From assembly GCA_042217555.1 (NCBI GenBank), contig JBDGSL010000079.1:1-11891 (forward strand): a stretch of DNA of 11,891 nt, written 5' to 3'. Both the position numbers and the translations under genes were made by a program. Below are positions 6,613-11,891 of the stretch, piece by piece. The DNA comes from Candidatus Nanohalobium sp. GTDB lineage: Archaea; Nanohalarchaeota; Nanosalinia; Nanosalinales; Nanosalinaceae. Positions within the stretch are counted from its first letter, which is position 1. The number at the start of each line of letters is the position of its first letter. The notes beneath the pieces were generated by a model that had not been told where the DNA came from, made no database searches, and saw only the letters and a list, made by a program, of their open reading frames with translations.

Positions 6613-7455
6613 TCACTTCCTCAGTTCTCTTATCTTCTCTATGTTTTCTCTGTAGCTGTCTCTCTGTTCCTGTGGGGTTTCCAGTATCATCGGTAGTTCT
6701 TTCAGTTCCTCGGAGTTTACGATGTTTCTGAAGCCTTTTTCACCTATGTTTCCATGGCCGATGTCTGCGTGGTTGTCCTTTTCGCTACCTCTCTCGTCTT
6801 TCGAGTCGTTCAGATGAAGGGCCTTGATCCTATCAAGTCCTATATCCTCCTTGACCTCCTGGATGAAGTCGTTAAACCCTTCCCTGCTTTTAAGGTCGTA
6901 TCCGGCTGCGTGTGCGTGGCAGGTATCGATGCAGACACCGATCTTCCTGTCAGGCGTCTCTGCCTTATCTATCATGTCTCTAAGCTCTCCCATGGATTTC
7001 CCGAGCGTGGTGCCTTTTCCAGCCGTGTTTTCAAGGAGCAGGGTCACGTTGTCAGGTATCTCCAGTTCGTCAATTCCTTCAGCTATCCTTTCAACTCCGT
7101 TCTCCCTTCCTGAACCTGTGTGCGCTCCGGGGTGGAAAACCAGGTACTCAACTCCAAGTGTTTCCGCTGCTTCAAGCTCGCTCTGAAGACAGTTCAGTGA
7201 TTTCTCAAACAGGTCGTCCTTCGGCGTCGCCAGGTTAACCAGGTAAGTCGAATGGATCAGATACGGGTGCTGATCTTCTTCCTCGCGGGCCTCCATAAAA
7301 CCTTTCCCTTCCTCATCACTGTATTCTGAGACACTCCACGTCCTGGGAGAACCTGCAAATATCTGGCCGCAGGTCCCGGACTCATCTTTCTCACGTTCAA
7401 CTGCCTTTTCAACTCCGCCTGAAATACTTACGTGCGCACCTATTCTGAAAGTCAT
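6613..7455 (-). CDS. nfo: Endonuclease IV (AP endonuclease family 2)
   Basis: IGAHVSISGG, QIF..SPRTW, HSTYLVNL, VFHPGAH, LLENTAGKG, GVCIDTCHAHAAGYD, HLNDSK...KDNHADIGHGNIG, MILETP. Confidence 0.97.
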   Translation of the reverse strand: MTFRIGAHVSISGGVEKAVEREKDESGTCGQIFAGSPRTWSVSEYSDEEGKGFMEAREEEDQHPYLIHSTYLVNLATPKDDLFEKSLNCLQSELEAAETLGVEYLVFHPGAHTGSGRENGVERIAEGIDELEIPDNVTLLLENTAGKGTTLGKSMGELRDMIDKAETPDRKIGVCIDTCHAHAAGYDLKSREGFNDFIQEVKEDIGLDRIKALHLNDSKDERGSEKDNHADIGHGNIGEKGFRNIVNSEELKELPMILETPQEQRDSYRENIEKIRELRK

Positions 7456-7543
7456 AAAAGAAAGATAACCTGACAGATTAAAGAGGGTAACGATGAGAAA
7501 CCCGGAAAAGTGAAGCAGCGGTTAAAAATACTTTTACCTCGAT

Positions 7544-8143
7544 ATGGGCAAACTGGAAGAGATCGGAGACATGTACAAAAAACAGATCGATGGTTTCCAA
7601 AAAGGAGATATTGAGGAAGAAAAAGTTGTTGAAAAAGTTAGAGAACTTAATTCACTCCTGAAAGATATGAAGCAGAAAATACCTGAGAAAAAGTATCTTG
7701 AAACAGAAGATTCCAAAAAAGCTTATGAAAAGTTCAAGAAAAATACAGAAACAGAAAATTGCTTAAAGGATCTTTCAGAAGTAGCTGAGAACCTGAATAA
7801 TAGATTTACTGAAACTGTCGGAGAAATAAGAAGTTACAAAAACGAATTCACTTCTGAGAATCTCGATGTGGATATACTGGAATTTCCTGAAAGAGATTAT
7901 GGGAGAGCTGAGTTCAACCAAAAAATTGAGTGCTTCAAATCAGAGCAGGTCAGAAAAAGACAGAATGACGCCAATCTACCTTTTATCAACCCGGAGGAAG
8001 AGATACCAGACATGGATGAAGCCAGGGAAAATATACGTGAAGCAACCCCCAGAGATAGTAAACCATACGAAGGCCATCCAGAAGAAGACCTTGAAGAAAA
8101 CAGAAAGTCAATCCAGGAACACAGGGAAAAAAGTTTTCGGTAA
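7544..8143 (+). CDS. Hypothetical K/E-rich helical protein, AT-rich ORF
   Basis: 199-aa open frame filling the space between nfo and the RND operon; no recognisable motif. Confidence 0.65.
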   Translation: MGKLEEIGDMYKKQIDGFQKGDIEEEKVVEKVRELNSLLKDMKQKIPEKKYLETEDSKKAYEKFKKNTETENCLKDLSEVAENLNNRFTETVGEIRSYKNEFTSENLDVDILEFPERDYGRAEFNQKIECFKSEQVRKRQNDANLPFINPEEEIPDMDEARENIREATPRDSKPYEGHPEEDLEENRKSIQEHREKSFR

Positions 8144-8217
8144 AGACTCTGTGGACTACATAATATAGGTTTTTACAGCTTTACAGAGCATAAACTGTCT
8201 GGATCAACAGTCAGAAC

Positions 8218-8225
8218 TTTAAAAA
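8218..8225 (+). promoter_or_regulatory. Putative TATA box of the RND operon, embedded in an inverted repeat
   Basis: TTTAAAAA at -33 to -26 from ATG 8251, within AACTTT-AAA-AAAGTT (8215-8229). Confidence 0.5.
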
Positions 8226-8250
8226 AGTTTGTGTAATAACGTTGAACTAT

Positions 8251-9318
8251 ATGTCACAAAATAGGTTCTTGGAGAAAATCACTACTGTACAGGAGGAGCA
8301 CGCAGTTGAAGTAGTGGTTTTCTTCGCCCTACTGTCCCTTACTATGGTCCCCGGTATGGCTAGGGTCGAGACAATCGTGGCGCTGGAGAACATGATGCCG
8401 TCAAGCTCGACTCCAGTTGAAGGATTCAACAACCTCCGTGCAGAGGGAATCGGAAAAGATTCGATCGCAGTACAGGTCTCCGCAGGACAGACAGAGGAAG
8501 GCGTCAAGGACATCACAAGCAACGCATCGAGAAAGTACATCAACTTGCTATCCGGAGAGATAAACGAGATATACGGTGTTACATCAGTATACAACCCTAC
8601 AGAGGTTCGGGGATTGACGGACAGTAAGAAACAGACCTCCGTCATAATAGCATACACATATATGGGCGACTCCGGAAAGGAGATGGAGAGGATATTCAGG
8701 GAGATACGCCAGGAAGCAAAGTATAACAGGCCGGAAGGTATTGAAACACGGATATCAGGTGTTCCAGCCGTCCAACAGAGACTCTCCGAAATGGTTCAGC
8801 GAGATAAAAACGTAACGACAGCTATCTCTCTCGTACTTGTGTTTTTCATAACTCTCGGGCTTTTCCAGGGCAGCTTCTCATCCGCAATCATGCCGCTTCT
8901 CGTCGTCGCGCTCTCAGTCGTCTGGCTCTACGGAACCATGGGCTACCTCGGCATACCGTTGTCGACGCTAGCCGGATCAGTAGCGGCACTAGTCATAGGG
9001 ATAGGCATCGACTACTCAGTTCACATACTCAACACATACCGCTTCCACCGCAGGGAAAATACCATCGAGGAAGCGCTGTCGGAGGCCGTCGGAGAGACAG
9101 GAGTAGCGATCGTCGCCACCTCTATCACAACTATCAGCGCCTTCATGGCGTTCCTCTCCGGAAAAATGCCCGAGATGCACCGCTTCGGATTGATAATGTC
9201 GATAGGCATAGGCTACGCGCTACTGTTCAGCTTCTTCCTGCTTCCATCCGTCTTCGTGCTTGAGGAGAGGCTGATGAAGAAAATCCATGAATCAATAAGC
9301 TGGAGACATGACTTCTGA
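8251..9318 (+). CDS. Half-size RND/MMPL-family transporter subunit (COG1033-like), first half
   Basis: One N-terminal TM, an extracytoplasmic domain ending ISGVPAV, then five TMs with GIGIDYSVH, TGVAIVATSITTISAFMAF and FG..MSIGI...LLPS. ATG 8251 is preferred over TTG 8242. Confidence 0.9.
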   Translation: MSQNRFLEKITTVQEEHAVEVVVFFALLSLTMVPGMARVETIVALENMMPSSSTPVEGFNNLRAEGIGKDSIAVQVSAGQTEEGVKDITSNASRKYINLLSGEINEIYGVTSVYNPTEVRGLTDSKKQTSVIIAYTYMGDSGKEMERIFREIRQEAKYNRPEGIETRISGVPAVQQRLSEMVQRDKNVTTAISLVLVFFITLGLFQGSFSSAIMPLLVVALSVVWLYGTMGYLGIPLSTLAGSVAALVIGIGIDYSVHILNTYRFHRRENTIEEALSEAVGETGVAIVATSITTISAFMAFLSGKMPEMHRFGLIMSIGIGYALLFSFFLLPSVFVLEERLMKKIHESISWRHDF

Positions 9319-9330
9319 GGTGTTTAAGAA

Positions 9331-10392
9331 ATGATAATAGAAAATCTGGCTGCTAAACTTGTCGAGTTCCAGGTCGAGAAACCTTACCGGATGCTGGCGA
9401 TTCTCGGAGCTCTGACACTTCTAGTTGTGCCGGGAGCGCTCCAGCTACAGATCAAGCCAAGTACTGAGGCCATCCTGCCTGCTGACGACCCGGTAGTCGA
9501 GTCTCTCGACACTCTCCGAGCAAAGTTCGCAGGAGACACGACCTACATCGTCATCCACGAAGATCAGGACGTCAGGAACGCAGAGACGATGGAGAAGATA
9601 CTGAGGATACAGAACCGCATGGAGAAATCGGAGAACGTCATGAGCACTTCTTCGCCTGCATCCATGCTGAAGCAGCGGTACGGAAAGATACCTGAAGACC
9701 CACAGAAACTGAACAGCTTCAACTACCGGAACATGGTTGCTGAAAACTACAGGACAGCAGTGATCTCCGTCAGGGCGGATACACAGGCGAAAAGCGATGA
9801 AATTCGGGGTTTATACAACGATATCCACAGGATTGTCGGCTCGGAGATGCCTGGAACCGAGTACTACCTTACAGGATACAACATGATCGACCTGGCGACC
9901 TTCCAGGTAATAATCAGCGACTTCATGACAATCACGGGCGTCTCGTTCGCGGCAGTACTCCTCGTGCTCTACGGAGTCTTCAGGGACGTCAAGCGCATGC
10001 TCTACCCTATCGTGCCTGTCATGTTTGCACTGATCTGGATGCTCGGTCTTGGAGGATACCTCGGTGCGGATCTGACGATCATCTCGATGGTCTCTGCGGC
10101 GATGATAATGGGGCTGGGCATCGACTTCGGTATCCACGTCACAAAGAAGTACTTCTCCACGAAGAGAGGTGCAGAAGGGATGAGCGAGACCATGACAGAG
10201 CTCTCCCGTGGGCTCCTGGGAGGCTCAACGACGACTGGAGTAGGCTTCCTGGCGCTTCTTGCAGCAAACCTTTCCGGCATGCACGCACTCGGCATCTTCC
10301 TGTTCACAGGCATCATGTCAGCCTACATCGGCGCAGTATTCCTGCTTCCAACCCTGATAATGCTTGTAGACGGTGCAGAACCGGTTGCATAA
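9331..10392 (+). CDS. Half-size RND/MMPL-family transporter subunit, second half
   Basis: Same 1+5 TM topology; LPADDP..., YLTG, MGLGIDFGIH, TTTGVGFLAL, FLLPTL. It has its own SD GAGGTG at 9317-9322. Confidence 0.9.
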   Translation: MIIENLAAKLVEFQVEKPYRMLAILGALTLLVVPGALQLQIKPSTEAILPADDPVVESLDTLRAKFAGDTTYIVIHEDQDVRNAETMEKILRIQNRMEKSENVMSTSSPASMLKQRYGKIPEDPQKLNSFNYRNMVAENYRTAVISVRADTQAKSDEIRGLYNDIHRIVGSEMPGTEYYLTGYNMIDLATFQVIISDFMTITGVSFAAVLLVLYGVFRDVKRMLYPIVPVMFALIWMLGLGGYLGADLTIISMVSAAMIMGLGIDFGIHVTKKYFSTKRGAEGMSETMTELSRGLLGGSTTTGVGFLALLAANLSGMHALGIFLFTGIMSAYIGAVFLLPTLIMLVDGAEPVA

Positions 10393-10407
10393 GGTGAAAA
10401 TTATACT

Positions 10408-11709
10408 ATGGAAACAACAACACGACACACGGCATTCAAACTTGCATTTACGCTTTCGATTATCGCATTTTCGATTTCAACAGTTTCAGCAGCTCCAAAA
10501 CTTGATGGAGTAAGCTTTGATCCTGCATTCATATCAGCAGGCGACAGAGTGAATATCTCGGCCAACCTGCACGAGACTAACTACCCTGACAAGACATGGG
10601 ACGAGGACAAGCAGCTTAAAGTAGTCCTGAAACCTGGAAACAGGTTGACGGAGAAGTACGTCACGATAGAGGACGACAGGGATGAATCGATAGGTTTCCT
10701 TTATCCGAACGGGGTCTGGAACCAGCGCTTCCAGGTGAAGGTTGATTCAGGTGCTCCGACAGGTATGTACGACTTCGAGCTCCACATCCAGTACCTGGAA
10801 AACGGCGAACCAGTGAAGATCAGTACAGGAGATGGTGAGAAAAACTTCACAGTCATCAGGGATTTCTCCATGCCGGTCGACAACGAAGGGGTCGATATCT
10901 CAGCCAACGTCGAGAAGACAGAGCCGACCACTCCGAGACCGGGAGACAACTACGTCGAAGCCCACATCACCTACACCAACACAGGCAACAAACCACTCGA
11001 AGAGATAGAGATCAGGCCAGAGACACCGGCGAATATCACTCCCGCTTACTCAGAGAGCGAGAAGTTCTACATCAACCAGCTTCTCGAAGGTGAATCAGCT
11101 AAGAGAACGCTAACGCTGGAACTTGATGAGGGCCTGGACCCTGGTCTCCACTGGATAGACCTGAAGGCGACCTACGAGGACGAATCCGGCAATCCGTACT
11201 CGGAAACACTGAAAGCACCGCTCAGGGTGGAGGGCAGACCTGATCTCGAACTGGTCAACGCGGAGACCGAGATGAAGGCCGGTGCCACGAAACAGCTCCA
11301 CATCAAGGTGAGAAACACCGGCGAACAGGACGCTGAATCAGTTACAGCAAGAATCATAGCGGAGAGAACGCAGCCGTTCAGCCTCAAAGACAGATCCAAC
11401 TACCTCGGAGAGATAGAGGCAGGAGAAACAGGCGAAGCAGTGCTGAAACTCTCCGCCGAGAGATCAGCCAACCTGAAAACCCATCAGGTCAAGGTACAGC
11501 TCCGCGCCAACGGAGACAGCGAGGAAGGCGATAACTCGGTCTACACGTTCACGGAAGAAGCGAAGATCACGCTTGACGGCAGGACACAGTCACCGCTCAT
11601 ATCTTTCGGCATAGCAGCGGCAGTCCTCGTGGCACTGGCAGCCAGCTACCGCTACTTCAGAAGTTCCGGAAAATCCGAGGAAGATGAAGAAGGAGGTGAT
11701 TTCGAGTGA
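10408..11709 (+). CDS. COG1361-type (S-layer domain) surface protein with Ig-like/CARDB-like repeats and a C-terminal membrane anchor
   Basis: Sec signal (..STVSA|AP), repeated NTGNKPLEEIEI and VRNTGEQDAESVTA..YLGEIEAGE motifs, a C-terminal hydrophobic helix followed by basic residues, and SD AGGTGA. Confidence 0.8.
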   Translation: METTTRHTAFKLAFTLSIIAFSISTVSAAPKLDGVSFDPAFISAGDRVNISANLHETNYPDKTWDEDKQLKVVLKPGNRLTEKYVTIEDDRDESIGFLYPNGVWNQRFQVKVDSGAPTGMYDFELHIQYLENGEPVKISTGDGEKNFTVIRDFSMPVDNEGVDISANVEKTEPTTPRPGDNYVEAHITYTNTGNKPLEEIEIRPETPANITPAYSESEKFYINQLLEGESAKRTLTLELDEGLDPGLHWIDLKATYEDESGNPYSETLKAPLRVEGRPDLELVNAETEMKAGATKQLHIKVRNTGEQDAESVTARIIAERTQPFSLKDRSNYLGEIEAGETGEAVLKLSAERSANLKTHQVKVQLRANGDSEEGDNSVYTFTEEAKITLDGRTQSPLISFGIAAAVLVALAASYRYFRSSGKSEEDEEGGDFE

Positions 11710-11888
11710 ATAAGAAGCAGTTCGTACGGAGGCTGGCAGGGACAGTCATCCTGGCAGGCTTCCTGCTCGGTTGGTTCGTCGATGAATGGTTCTACCTGAT
11801 CGACGCGTTCGCAGGACTCAACCTGCTGCAGAGCTCATTTACAGGGTTCTGTCCGCCGGAGAAGATCTACGACAGGTTCCTGTCCTGA
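11706..11888 (+). CDS. DUF2892/YgaP-like small two-TM membrane protein
   Basis: VRRLAGTVIL...FAGLNLLQSSFTGFCP signature. The GTG start overlaps the upstream TGA (GTGA), with strong SD GGAGGTGA. Confidence 0.85.
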   Translation: MNKKQFVRRLAGTVILAGFLLGWFVDEWFYLIDAFAGLNLLQSSFTGFCPPEKIYDRFLS

Positions 11889-11891
11889 AAA

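Noticed and set aside
1247..7716. Other overlapping ORFs (1247-1615, 1752-2021, 2372-2560, 2491-2709, 2501-3646, 3553-4113, 3773-4066, 5000-5538, 5570-6183, 6754-7186, 7534-7716)
   Set aside because: They overlap well-supported genes in the antisense or an alternative frame and have no motifs.
8251..10392. SecD/SecF pair, or a pseudogenised single RND gene
   Set aside because: The motifs (GIGIDYSVH, GLGIDFGIH in TM4) are MMPL/COG1033-type rather than SecDF. Two stops plus a dedicated SD argue against simple disruption or stop readthrough.
7866..11399. Alternative-frame and antisense ORFs over the orphan gene and RND operon
   Set aside because: Shadows of the real genes with no independent start signals.
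1..11891. CRISPR array, tRNA/rRNA, IS element
   Set aside because: No regularly spaced repeats, cloverleaf/T-loop motifs, transposase ORF or terminal inverted repeats were seen, and the intergenic gaps are all under about 200 bp.

Overview
Compact, gene-dense archaeal window with very acidic (D/E-rich) proteins, moderate GC, TATA boxes about 25-33 nt upstream of several ATGs (leaderless-type spacing) and GGTG-type Shine-Dalgarno sites inside operons. This is most consistent with a halophilic DPANN archaeon such as a nanohaloarchaeon (inference). Contents, left to right: (1) the 5' part of a class II ribonucleotide reductase gene (nrdJ, minus strand, missing from the ORF track), interrupted by an intein at the catalytic NP|C site; (2) a bacterial-type nrdR repressor gene preceded by two tandem NrdR boxes; (3) a divergent unknown tandem winged-helix protein followed by a PIN-ATPase-KH protein (PINA/COG1855); (4) a minus-strand NYN/LabA nuclease plus CBS4-HPF (Hib-like ribosome hibernation factor) operon with a candidate G-U-rich 5' leader hairpin; (5) a small Tat lipoprotein; (6) endonuclease IV; (7) an AT-rich orphan ORF; (8) an operon of two half-size RND/MMPL transporters, a COG1361-type surface protein and a DUF2892 membrane peptide. 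No rRNA, tRNA, CRISPR array or transposase was seen. All family calls come from manual motif recognition; no database search was run.
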